Shown here: positions 13,906-25,800 of the stretch, one piece after another
Layout of the letters: the number at the start of each line of letters is the position of its first letter
How positions within the stretch are numbered: position 1 is the stretch's first letter
Assembly: GCF_009834535.1 (NCBI RefSeq)
Contig: NC_045696.1
Span: 34,226,001 to 34,290,000 of the forward strand
DNA: 64,000 nucleotides
Source: Camelus ferus
Lineage: Eukaryota
Direction: 5' to 3'
Notes under the pieces: model-generated
The model's database searches: none
What the model was told of the DNA's origin: nothing
The model's input: the letters and a program-made list of their open reading frames with translations, nothing else
Program-made: the position numbers and the translations under genes

Positions 13906-14388
13906 TGTGGTTGGTTTGAAACCTCGAGAGTTCTGGGGGTGAAATCCGAAACTGGCTCCCCGTCACCAAGGACCCAAGATATAGGCCATCAGTCCAAATT
14001 AGTAGGTGGCAGTTTTTATAATCCAGGGAATTCACACGGGAGGCTTTTCTCAGGCACTGCAAGACCAGTAACTCTCCATACCTGCTGGCCAGAATCTTAG
14101 GACTTTATGTGGACGCCTTGCCTTACTGGAGCTCACATCTAGTGTGGTGCACACAGTCTCAGTAACACGGTACCCTCTCAAGGCTGTGCTCTCCAAGTGG
14201 CTGCTGCAGTGGAAACAGTGGGCAGAAAGCGTGTTCTGAGGACAGGGGAGTGGGAGGAGCCTCTGATCACGCGGTTCCAGCTCGAGGGTTGACCTGCAGT
14301 CAAGTCCTCTGGATGACCTCCTCCATGGCCAGTATGTCATAATCATAATCAGTGTCCTAAGTCCTCAGGTAACTTCCCAATGACCACA
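13906..14388 (-). mobile_element. ERV solo LTR (probably ERV1 class)
   Basis: Perfect terminal inverted repeat TGTGGT...ACCACA; GC/CpG above background; reads like the reverse of an LTR U5/R; TSD not resolved. Confidence 0.65.
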
Positions 14389-17121
14389 ACTGCCAAGGCT
14401 CTTCATGGGAACAGCTGATCTCCCCATAATCAGGCAACTAAAAAAGAAACACCTGATACTTTAGGAGAGCTGCAGGCATTTTCCTCAGCACTATAGTCAA
14501 ACTCGATTCTGATTTGTTGACACCTGTGTGTTGTTTCACTTTTTAAGAATTTTCATATTGCTTCTGACTAAGAAGGAAATCTAGGAATTGATACTCTCAC
14601 ATTTTTAAAGTTTGCAGTGTCTGTCCTGAGTAGGAAACTGTGCAGTTATGCTAGAAACTCAAGGGATAATCAGATGTCTTTAAAAGGGTCTAGAGTCAGC
14701 AGGAAAAATAATACATTTACACATGTAAACTAATACAAGATAACTCACATGACTGAGCAATGCATGGTAACTATGTGTTACAGAAGAGGAAGCAGTCACT
14801 GCTGACCAAGATAAATAGAGACAGAACCTGACAAATGCACGAGATTTAGCAAATGTAGAGAGGGATTTAGGAGGCAACTTCTGATCAATCAAATGTTTGC
14901 TGCAAGCAATGAGCTCAGATAGGAGAACGTGCATAATAATGGTGATTAAACCAGTTTAACTGGGACATTTGGTGTGTATAAATGAATAGGGAAAATTAAG
15001 CCAGTAAAGGTATGGTGGCAAGCATAAAAAATTTGATTGGAATACCAAGAAATGTGCATTTATTCAAAAGGACAGTATTTATTACAATATTATTTTAAAT
15101 CGTGGGGAAAAACAGGAGTAGTTCTGTCCATTCACAGATAAATGGTTAACACATTTATCTATTAATACATTCATGTTATGGAATTTTGAGGCATCCAGGG
15201 GTGGATCCACAAGACAAAATTCACTGAGACATATTAAGTGATAAAAGCAAGTCGTAGTCTCAGCACTCTACCTCTCCTTTTTTCTTTTTCTCTATTTCTC
15301 TCTCTCTGTCTGTCTCTTTCTCTTTTGACCACAAAAGTAACCACAACATATTTGAGAAATTTTGAACGCTAACAAAAAGAAAACTATACCCACTATATAA
15401 TAGGATTTTATAAATGTTACATTTCATAAGACTGGAAAAGAAAGATTAAAATAGGTTTCATTCTTCATCCCCCAAAGAACATTTATAAGAACAACAAAAA
15501 AAAGACATTGAAGGTAGTTAACCATAAAAATTGGACAAAGGGACCTGCTTTTTCTACAGAGAAATTTTTTTTTAATCCCTAAGACATTGAAGAGGTTTCA
15601 AGATTTGAGAAGGGTTTGTTTTTTATTAGTAGTAGTATTGTATTAGAATATATTTATTTTTATTTTGTTAGAAAACAAGAAAGTTTGAATTTTCCCCACT
15701 AATACTGATCTTAGAGGAGAGAAACCAAATCTGTAATTGTAAAAGTACATTTCCTTATTACTCAAAAATGATGTAGTGATTTCTCTTAAACTTTTCTAGA
15801 AACACAAAAATTACTTGCTTCTATAATCAGTTGCTTCATGGAGGAAGAGCTCTTCAAAACCAGAATATAAAGGGTGTGTTAAATAAACTCCAGTTCTTAA
15901 ATAAGGCATCTCTGCAAGAAATAATTGAAAATAAAAATATTCTTCTGTGGAATTTACGCCACGAATTGGACTATTTCTTCAATGCATACCTATAGGGCCC
16001 CATTTAAAAGAATATATGATGTCATAATAAAAGATTTGAGGGAGAGTTTAAAGGCTGAAAAAAGAAATATTAAACTATGTTTCCTCTCCACCCCCACCAA
16101 GAATACTTAAGGAACCAAAAAAGAGCTACCTTTTGCTGTCAAGATCTACACTTCAGAATTACTTGGTGCATTTTATTGTTTTATTCCAGACTATTTTCAA
16201 TATAAATGTTCTTTTTTTCCCCCTTTCCTCAAAGCCCTTGTCAACTTGCTGCTACCTGTTAAAGACAAATGCAAACAACTGCTGAGTTATAACTAGCAGT
16301 CTGCAGACCTTGAGAGTACTTCAAAAGCATACCAAGTATGCTGAAAATATTCTTTATGAATATATTTCATTTTTCAACTTTGAGTTTAAACAAGAAACCA
16401 GAGGAACCAAAATTTGGTAAGATCTTAGAAAAGTTGAAATTTAATATCTTAACATTTAAAAGAAATAAAGCCAGTTCTTTTTTCTTATGTGATTATGTAA
16501 GAAATAATAAAATTAGAATAACGAGAAAGATACATTCATATATTCTAAAACCAGCAGGTTTTTATGTTTAATGTTAAGATTGAATTCTCTCTGTAAAATT
16601 TTGCATAAACTCAAAAGAATAATTAACACTTGATACGTTTAAAAATGAAAGAAAAACTTACCTTTGGGTTAAAAGTAAAGATATGTGTTGTATATCTAAT
16701 TATACTTACATGTACATTTTTATGAAGTGTATTTATATACATACATTCATTTGCTGAGATTTAAAAACTAAGGTTGGTTATATAAGCTAAAATGTTCTAA
16801 AGAGACCAAATTTCTGAATTTAGATTATAAAATTATTCCCACAGCAATCTACAGTGCAAACTCTTAACACTTACAAATCATGTAACTCCTTGTCGTGGGT
16901 GGTAATTAAGTGGCATATATAAAAGAACAAAACATCACTTCCTTTTATATGATACCAAATTGTTACTGACCATCCCAAGTCAGTCCCCAGCAAGGGACCT
17001 TCTGCCTGGCGTTGCTCGAGCCAGTAGAACGAGATCGCGATCCAGTTTGCCTCAGAAGCGAAGAAAGCTTTGTTCTTTGATCAGAGAATGGAGAGACCGT
17101 GCTTTTACTCCAGAGCACACA

Positions 17122-17184
17122 CTCTTCCCGCTCTTCCCGCTTTTCCCGCTTTTCCCGCTTTTCCCGCTTTTCCCGCTTTTCCCG
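17122..17184. repeat. 7 x 9-bp tandem repeat (CTCTTCCCG x2, CTTTTCCCG x5)
   Basis: Read directly from the sequence. Confidence 0.97.
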
Positions 17185-17199
17185 GCAGGCTGTGGGCGA

Positions 17200-17355
17200 G
17201 GCTGCTTTATACGGATCGCCTCAGCGAGGAGGGGGGAGGGGGCGGAGTTCTCGGAAAAAGCGGCACAGCTGTGCTGCTCACGCCCCAGAGCGTAGTGCCC
17301 GGCGGGCGCAGGGTCTCCGCACACAGCCCGCCACCGCCATCTTGAACCGCCCCGT
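17200..17355 (-). promoter_or_regulatory. Putative LTR promoter core (TATA, GC boxes, YY1)
   Basis: TATAAA 17206-17211 (minus); GGGGCGG boxes at ~17239 and ~17347; YY1 motif AAGATGGCG 17335-17343 (minus). Activity not shown. Confidence 0.5.
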
Positions 17356-18596
17356 GGTGCTCTGCGCCTCGGCATCCAGACCCCAAGCTGAAGTGTCCTT
17401 CCACATGAAGAACTCTGGTCTGAAGGGATGGGGGGCAAGTCCTCTGCCGGCCGAGCCCTATGAGCAAGTGAAACTAGATGAAGCGCTGACGAAAAGGAAA
17501 AGATTAGACTTTGTTTTATTACCCAGATTCCATTTTTATTTCCTGGGACTTGCCAACGAGCTTTGCCAGGCACGAAATGGTACAGTATTTACCAGATGTA
17601 AAGTCCTCTGCCTCAGAACCATTTTGAAATAAAGAGGTAAGCAACATTTTTCAGAAGTTTAGTTTAATTTGGTTTGCTTCTTTTTAAAGAAAATATTAAT
17701 TGTATACTAATATTGGATATTAGTAAATACTAGGCAGTATGCATACAAATTAAGAGGCATTTGCGTCTGTTGGTATTCATGGAACAAGTGATGGGGTGGC
17801 AGTAAATGGGCAGTGCCGAACTGATTATAAAAGAAGCACCACAGCGAAGAGCTATTTAAGACATAAGTTGAGAAAGGAAATCAGAAAAAAAACAAAAATG
17901 GACTTGAAGTTCATGAAATTTTCCAAGTTTTTCTATTCAAAGAAACACTATTTTGAATATTCTTTTATTCAAGTTGCTGTATGAATATGCATACATAGAT
18001 TTGTAGCTTATTTGGGCTTTCATAACTGATATAAATACATATATTCATCTACACATATAATCAGGAAATAGTTTTAAGGTGAAATTTTCTTATTTCATGA
18101 AGAGTTTCATATATTAAGCACAAAACAACAGAGAAAAGTTATGTTCCGCTTTGCTTTACTTCTTATTTTTACTCTGAAAGAAAGTATTTAAAATGAGAAG
18201 TAACTAAGATATGTTTTTCTAGAATAGAGAAACTCTACCTCCAGAATTCAGGGGAAAAAATCTGGCTGAATAGTACATTTGGGCTCTCTCAAGGGCCACT
18301 GAAACTTTGCTCTGATTATTATTCACAGTTCTTAGATTGCAGAGAAAATCAAAATAGCAGAGGAAAACTTAGCAGTTCAATACTCAGAACTGAGTTGCTT
18401 TGTCATCAGAATAAAATGTAATATACTGAAAGCCTGACATGTGAACAATGAAAATGCCCACTCCTAGGTGAGGTTTACCATTCTGAGTTTAACTGGCAGT
18501 AGCACAAAGCAGATAAAAATGCCCTATTTTTCTGGATAGGGTTTCATTCTAAGTAACAGGAACTTTTACCCTGTGTACCCTAGAGCTTAAGAAATA

Positions 18597-19074
18597 CAGG
18601 CCTACCTTAGAGATACTGTGGGTTCGGTTCCAGACCACAATAAAGTGAATATTGCAATAAAGCAAGTCACACAATTTTTTATTTCCCACGCATAGAAAAG
18701 TTATGTTTACACTGTACTGTTGTTTATTAAGTGTGCAATTGCATTATGCCTAAAAAATGTATATGCCTTAATTAAAAAATGCTTTATTGCTGAAGAATGC
18801 TAACAACCATTCGAGCCTTCAGCACATGTTAGTAGTAATATCAAAGATCCGTGATCACGGATCACCATAACAGATATGATAAGAATGAAAACCTCTTAAC
18901 TGTTGTGAGAATTACCAAAATGTGGTACAGAGATATGAAGTGAGCAAAGGCTGTTGAAGAAATGTCCTTGTTGGACTTGCTCAACACAGGGTTGCCACAA
19001 ACCTTCAATTAGTAAAAAAATGCAGTATCTGTGAAGCACAGTGAAGTGAAGCACAGTCAAACAAGGTATGCTTG
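18597..19074 (-). mobile_element. Tigger1 internal-deletion derivative (non-autonomous Tc1/mariner-pogo)
   Basis: TIRs CAGGCCTACCTT / AAGGTATGCTTG with TA on both sides; GGTTCGGTTCCAGACCAC...GTTGCCACAAACCTTCAATT. Confidence 0.9.
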
Positions 19075-19439
19075 TATATGAATTTGTAACTCACAAATAT
19101 ATGTGTTATCTCATTTCTCAGAACCTCACAAAGTATGCAAAGGAGAAATTACATTCCCCTATATAATTTATATTAAATTGCCATAATAGTTCATTAATTC
19201 CCTTCTGTCCTATACACTTAAGACCCTGCCTCACCCCAAAAGCTGAGATCTTCAGTTGATCCTGTGTCCAGGACTTAGTACAGTGCCCATAAGTAGAAGA
19301 TACCTATTATTTGTGACAAATGAGCAGCTGGATGAATGGGGGAAATTCAACTCCTGTTCTTAAGCTGGATATTTACTAGAGTCAAATTAAGAGACAAATC
19401 TGGCTTTGTAGAAGGGGTGCTAACGACTTGGAAACAGTG

Positions 19440-19590
19440 ATAAATATTGGAAAATTACAGAGACCTTACAAAAATAAAATAGATGCCTGTGCTCTACCCT
19501 GAGCATTTATGATTCAGTAAGACCAAGAAGGCAATAAGATGTGTGTACTTTTAACAACAGCCGCATATGATTTTGAGATCATTCTCAAGG
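19440..19590. mobile_element. hAT-Charlie MER5-like remnant
   Basis: AAATAGATGCCTGTGCTCTACCC...GATTCAGTAAG...TTTTAACAACAGCCGCATATGATTTTGA. Confidence 0.5.
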
Positions 19591-20499
19591 TGATCAAAAC
19601 CAAGTATTTGTCAAAAGGTCAGTAATATGCTACTCATCATTTTAATGAAGAACAGAGTAGATGTCAGTTATATTTCCTAAAATTAAATATGTAGGCCTTA
19701 CCAGATTTTGACATTGTTTGTGTGTAATTGGAATGAATGTAAGTTATTCTAAGTTGTTGTGTTTAAAACAAACGTTTAAAATTAAGAGAAAAACTCAGAC
19801 TGTTGAATAAAATATAAGACTTATGTTTTCGAGGAAGCTTAATACTAAGAACTGACAGTTGTCCTGGTCATTAGGTTGGAACCTCAGCCTAGTGGAGAGG
19901 TGGGGATTGTCAATCAAAAGCCTGGAATAACCTGTGCCTGCTAACAACCATACTTAAGTGCATGCTTAAGTCTGGGGTACTCAGATTTCTTTCCTATGTG
20001 TTTTCCAGTACCCTTCTCTGTTGCAGACAATATACTCATGGGAGCATAACCATTGCCAAGTTTGCCTTTAGGATTAGTTCAGTCTCACTGGGAAGTAGGT
20101 ACAGAGAAAAGGTAGAGAAAAGGTCTTGTATGGTATCACCATTCCTGCTGAGTCAAAAGTTTCAGACGGTCAGGTGGACTAAAAAATACCTCATGTCGTT
20201 TGTAGTACTTTTGAGTGCAAACCTAAAGCAGGAAGAATACTGGGATCTGAAGTTAAAAATTAGTCTGGTCTGAGTAAGAATTGCTCCCAAGAAACCAGCT
20301 TTGAGGAAAGAGACAAAAACTGTTTTATAAAACTATATTGTCTAATGAGACTTGATAATAAGAGAAAAAGAAAAAGTTACAACCATCTTCAAGATGCCCA
20401 GGAATCCTTCTACGTTCAGTTTAAATTAGCATTAAGAATTTTATTTTTATTTTTGTAGATTAATATATGATTTTATTAATTGTTATTTAATATAGATTT

Positions 20500-20596
20500 C
20501 TATTTTTTATTAAAAAATTTTAATTGAAGCATAGTTGATTTACAATGTTGTGTTAGTTTCTGGTGTACAGCAGAGTGATTCAGTTATATATATATT

Positions 20597-20644
<48 letters not shown>

Positions 20645-20725
20645 CCTTTTCACGTTCTTTTCCAATCTAGGTTATTACAATATATTGAATATAGTTCCCT
20701 GTGCTATACAGTATAACCTTGTTGT
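20500..20725 (-). mobile_element. 5'-truncated young L1 3' end with internal (TA)n(TG)n microsatellite
   Basis: ATTGAAGCATAGTTGATTTACAATGTTGTGTTAGTTTCTGGTGTACAGC; 14-bp TSD TTTAATATAGATTT at 20486-20499 and 20726-20739. Confidence 0.92.
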
Positions 20726-21379
20726 TTTAATATAGATTTTTAACTTTTAACACCCTGACATGCATAAAATAGTAAATCAGAGGGGTGTGTAATAAAAATG
20801 TCTCATCATTCCAAATCTGCAGTTCTGTAATCTGAAGGGAATCATTTCAATTATTTTAACTGATTATAATTTAAATTTGATGCTTATGTCCATATCTAAA
20901 TTATATATATGCTTTGTCATTTTTATTGATTTCTTAATTTTTCTATTATATTTACTTCATACTGACTAATTTAGCATTTTTATTTTAAGTTGTATAATTT
21001 TACCTTTACATATTTTCCATCAAGTCAGCATGTTCTATCTTTCCCTTCAGTTCTCCTTCCTCCAACTCCAAAAGTTTTGCTTCACGTAGTAGAATGTGAA
21101 GCCATTTAATTCTGTTCTGCATCTGTCATCAGATGTCTATGGTTTGATTTTTTAAACTGAACATCAGTAAACATTGCCTGCATTATGTGATTGAACATTG
21201 TAGTTTGATATTGTTTATAATCAGTAAATCAGCTTACATATCTCTTCCATAATTTGTATTTATCAGAGCCTCAATTATTTTTAGTTCTTCATCATTTCAG
21301 TTATACTATCAACTCCCTTTTTCCTTGAATTCTTCTCTCTTAGCCTTCTCTAGAACTTTCCTTCCTCCTACTCTAATCT

Positions 21380-21770
21380 GGACTGATAACACTCAAAGTG
21401 AGCCATGCAGCTCTCTTCCCTGTCACTCCCATATTGGACCCATTGTTTCTTAGAACTCACACCCTCTTCTTTCTTGGTTCACACTATCATCTGACTGAAG
21501 CAGATCTTTGAGTAACATTCTTGGTGTGGGTTTTTATAGGTTACTTTTTGAGTTTTTGTATGTTTTTTTTCCTGCCCTCACAATTGCTTGATAATTTGAA
21601 TATAGAATTCCAAGTTCAAAATATGTCCCCTAAGAATTCTGAAGGCATCTTTCTTTGTCCTATGATCTAGAGTTGGCAATGAAATGCCAAATTCTTGTTT
21701 CTTTGAAGACGTTTTTCTTCTACTTGCAAGTTTTTAGAATTTCAAGTACTGAGAACTTTCTAATGTATTT
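21380..21770 (-). mobile_element. Old L1 (ORF1-region) remnant
   Basis: TTGATAATTTGAATATAGAATTCCAAGTTCAAAAT...AAGAATTCTGAAGGCAT, typical of decayed L1M ORF1 in reverse. Confidence 0.55.
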
Positions 21771-22304
21771 GTTGGAATCACAACCTGGAAGAGAAAATAG
21801 AAACTGTGAAGAGAAAAGCCTGAACTGACCTGATAACTGTGAACATAATGAAACTGAAAAATTCAGTGTTATGCCTTTTTTGCAATTGCCCCCATAAAAT
21901 AAGTGTTGAATATTATTAATTAAAAACTATTTTATTATGGGGAAATGTCCTGAGTTACTACTTTGCAAATTCCCTACATTCTTTTCTCTTTGTAGAGCCC
22001 CTGCTGGTTATAATTGGACAAACCAATGTCATATATGGCACTTACGTTTCTTTCATATTTTCCACCTCTTTGCCTTTTATTTCATAGTCTCAAAAGTTTC
22101 TTCATTCTTATTTTTTGAATTGTCAGAACTATCACAGCACTATTTTTAAATGGAATTTTTCAACCAACTCTATCATAATTATTTTGGTTCCTTAATTATG
22201 AAAATTACTAGACCCCTATCCCAGAACTCATGAGTAAGAATCTGTGCTTGAGGGACTCAAGGAACTGCCATTTAAATGTGCAATCTTATCTTAGCATTGT
22301 TTTG

Positions 22305-22746
22305 AGTGGTAGCCAAATAATAGCTCCTCAAAGATTCCAGGTCCTAATCTTTGAAATCTGTGGTGTGATTAATTTAAAGATCATGCAATGGGGAGATTAT
22401 CCTGTATTATCTGTATGGGCTTGGTGTAATCATAAGGACCCTTCTATGAGAGAAATAGGACATCAAAGTGGTAGTAGGAGACATAATGTCAGAACAAGAG
22501 ATAAAAGTGACACAGGGAAGGGTTCACAAGCCAGGGCATGTGGCCTCTAGGTGTATCTAGAAGTTGGCTTCTATAGGCTTCTAGAGCAACTTCTAGAAGT
22601 TGAAAAAGACCAAGAAACAGATTCTCAATTTAGAGCCTCCAGCTAGAACCATTAATGCTGACACCTTGAGTCTCCACTGAGACTAATTTTGGACTTCTGA
22701 CCCCTACAATTGCCAGATAATAAATGCATTGTAGTTTTTTAAGCCA
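22305..22746 (+). mobile_element. MaLR LTR (MLT1D-like)
   Basis: CCAGGTCCTAATC...ATGGGGAGATTATCCTG...TTTTGGACTTCTGACCCCTACAA...ATAATAAATG. Confidence 0.8.
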
Positions 22747-22779
22747 AAAAATAAATGTGCACTCTGTATACTTACGAAT

Positions 22780-22960
22780 GGTATGGTAAGTTCATGCATA
22801 GGTAAGTTACTAATTTCTCTGAGGCTCAGTTTCATAAATAGTAAAATGGAGATCATGATGGCTCTTACTTTATAGAACTGTCACAAGGATTATATTATCA
22901 CTTATAAAATACTTAGAACAGTGCCTGATACATATAATTGTGTCTTAAATGTTCAATTTG
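22780..22960 (+). mobile_element. MIR SINE
   Basis: GGTAAGTTACTAATTTCTCTGAGGCTCAGTTTC...GTAAAATGGAGAT...CTTAGAACAGTGCCTG. Confidence 0.8.
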
Positions 22961-23042
22961 TCACGATATAGTGAAAACTCAATATCAGATAAAGATGTAG
23001 ATAGAAATATCACTGGGTTTTCTACCCCCAGAAGTTACCCCT

Positions 23043-23074
23043 ACACACACACACACACACAGACACACACACAC
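23043..23074. repeat. (CA)n microsatellite, interrupted
   Basis: Read directly from the sequence. Confidence 0.9.
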
Positions 23075-23444
23075 TTTCATTAATTAACATGGAAAAGTAG
23101 GAATCTCGTCTTTAGATTTTAAGTGTATGTGGGAAATCCTCTTCAAAGCTCATTTCAACGTTTCTCCCTCAAAACATTAACTTAATTTGATGCTCAAAGG
23201 ACACATGCAGTGTTGACTTTTCTGCATTCTCCACTCAAGAAGCACAGACCTATCAACAGTGCTTTTATGATCTATCCCATAGGACCTCTCCAGTTTCATC
23301 CTGTGTCACTTGCCCAACTTGGCCAGCCAGGCCTATTGAACTACCTGCGACCTCATACCAACCACCTTTTTGCACCTATATATCATTTACTGCCTCTACC
23401 TATAATGTCTCCCCCCAGTGCAACCCCCAGTGACTGTTACTCTT

Positions 23445-23554
23445 CAAATTCAGTTCAGTCACCACCCACCTCTTTGTGAAGATTATCTCCTAAATCCTCC
23501 AAATTCAGTTCAGTCACCACCCACCTCTTTGTGAAGATTATCTCCTAAATCCTC
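23445..23554. repeat. Perfect 55-bp tandem duplication inside an L2 remnant
   Basis: CAAATTCAGTTCAGTCACCACCCACCTCTTTGTGAAGATTATCTCCTAAATCCTC at 23445-23499 and 23500-23554. Confidence 0.95.
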
Positions 23555-25009
23555 CCTTCCCTGCTCCCCTCTCATTTTGCCCACCTGCTTTTTCACACCT
23601 GTTGTCTGTAAGTGCTCATGTTGTTTACATGTTGGTCTTCCTCTCTTGTCAGTGAACCCCTAGGAGTAGGAAATGCAGTTGGGCATTTGCTTTATCGATG
23701 TTTGTTGAATTAATAACAATGGAAGTCACACAAACTGGAATGTTTAAATGTTTGCTAAAAACTGGGAACATTTTCTAAAATATGATATTTTACAATCAGA
23801 AATTGAGTTTTTTTAAAAAGCTGAAAGACTTCCAAGTTTACTCCTACAGAGTGCAGAACTGATGTCTAAAAAAGGAATGTGACGCATATGACTAGGAAAG
23901 TGAGGACTGCGGTGGTGGAGATGTCAGAGAAGTTGGGCTGATGTGGCCTAAAGCCTCAACACATACCTTCGGCACACAATCCCATAGCTGCTTTCACAAC
24001 TGGAACCCAGAACAATATACTCCATTGCCTTGATTAAAAGATACAAGAGTTATTTAAAACTGAGTTTAATTATTTAGTAAAGGCATTATAAACCAAATAA
24101 TATCTATCTTCATGTGATGAATATTAGACAGCCTGTCTCTCAATGTGCATATTTCTGTTTCTTAATTAGACAGTTTATGATTTATCAGGAACCATGTTCT
24201 AGGTTACAAATAGCACCTCATCAACCATGCGTTTCATTTGCCATTCACCTATTATTTTTTGGTGACAGCACAATATCTACCTACAGTAATTGCATACTGA
24301 TAATTTATTTTTAATATATTTCAAGCTAGCTTGGCTGGAATTTTAAAATAGAGAATAACAGCATTGAGTCTTACAACAATGTGATTTTTTCCCTTTTATT
24401 AGATACAAAGTGACTACCTTTTGTGAAAGAGAAATAGCAAAAAGAATCTTCTCAGAGACTAAAACATATTAGAAAAAGACATTTAACAAATCATTCGATT
24501 TGAGCACTAAATCTGTCATCTAATTGTTTCATGAAAGCATATCCTATTAGTTCATCCTTCTAAGTTAAATATCATTTTAGGTTGTTTTTTCAAATAAATG
24601 AAATTTTAAATAGCAATAATTTTCTATAAAAGTAAAATCATTCAATTTTAACTATTCTGGGTCTTTTATTTTAACTATTTTGGTTGTCCTAATATATAAT
24701 GGCTAGTGCTAATCAGGAGAAAAAGGTAGCAAAATAAAGAGAAATTATTAGGTTAAACTGTCAAGTATGTTTGTAAGAGGCATCAGGGTATAATACTCTA
24801 AGGGTATTTTATGGGTACCACTGACAGAAATAAAACGTATTAAATAAATCAAAAGTATATGGATGAGCTAGATACATAAGAACTAATAAAAATATAAAGA
24901 TATTCCAGTCACTTTTGTGACTACATAGTAAAACAAGCAATGAACATAATAAAGACTGAGTTAAGAATTGACCAGGCATCCTCTTGACCAGATTTTATTT
25001 TCCTGATCA

Positions 25010-25800
25010 GCACATTTATATCTTTAATCAAGACCTCTCTCCTGATCTCCAGAACACGTGTTCAGTTGCCTGCTGACATCTCCACTTGGACATCAGAGGC
25101 ACCTCAAGTTACACACGCATCTAAACCAATTATCCTCCTTCTCCTCCTTTGTCTCTTACTCAGCAAATGGTAACCCCATCTGCAAAACAGCTTGAGCCAA
25201 GGAAAGAGCCACCATATTAACATCTTCCTCTTGACCATTGTATTATCAATCCTATATTATACATAATTTGTTCACTCTACTCTCTTGTCTCTATTCTTAC
25301 TATCAACACCTTCATCCAAAACTCAATATTCTCTCTACTTCAATAACATTCTATTTTCTTTTTAGGAGTTCTTTTCTCTTACCCCTTTCAATACAGGAGC
25401 CAGAGTATGAATTTTTAAAACTCAGATCTGAATATTTATTCCCACCCAATATACTTTGGTGACTTCCAGCTGTCTTTAATATAGTTTCTAAAACCCCTAC
25501 CAGAACTCACAAGATACTCAATTTAACGCTCACTAACCACTCTAACCTTTATATTCTATCCATGTCTTTTTTTCTATCCCTTGAATAGCTCAAATTTCAT
25601 GGCATTTTCAGAGTATGTCTTCTGCCCCTCTTTTCATCTAGATAAGTTGTTATCATTTTTTAAATGTCAGTTTTTACATTGCTCTTTCAGGAAGAGCTTC
25701 CCTAAGTATGCCAAACTAAGTTAGACCTTTATTTTATTTTTCCTCTTTTTAACAATACCTACCTCTCTTATTAGATTGCCATCTTCATAATGACAGAGAT
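25010..25800 (+). mobile_element. L2 LINE remnant
   Basis: AGACCTCTCTCCTGATCTCCAG...TGCCTGCTGACATCTCCACTTGGA...AGGCACCTCAAG. Confidence 0.75.

Larger units (their letters stand above)
16961..17646 (-). mobile_element. CpG-rich, apparently young ERV solo LTR
   Basis: TG...CA ends with imperfect IR TGTTACTGACC / GGTAAGCAACA (9/11); ~39 CpG counted by eye in 686 bp; minus-strand TATAAA (17206-17211); polyA-like AGTAAA (17104-17109) or AACAAA (17069-17074). Confidence 0.75.

Noticed and set aside
17122..17184. CRISPR-like array
   Set aside because: Head-to-tail 9-mers with no spacers, no cas genes, mammalian DNA.
17000..17470. CpG island as a host-gene promoter or processed pseudogene
   Set aside because: Abrupt TG...CA boundaries, LTR-order motifs and no poly(A) or recognisable CDS favour an LTR, though a host promoter is not fully excluded.
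16960..17632. Five overlapping ORFs of 86-177 aa (FPLFPL, SRFSRF, GKSGKS repeats)
   Set aside because: By-products of high GC and a stop-free 9-bp repeat inside an LTR; no recognisable protein.
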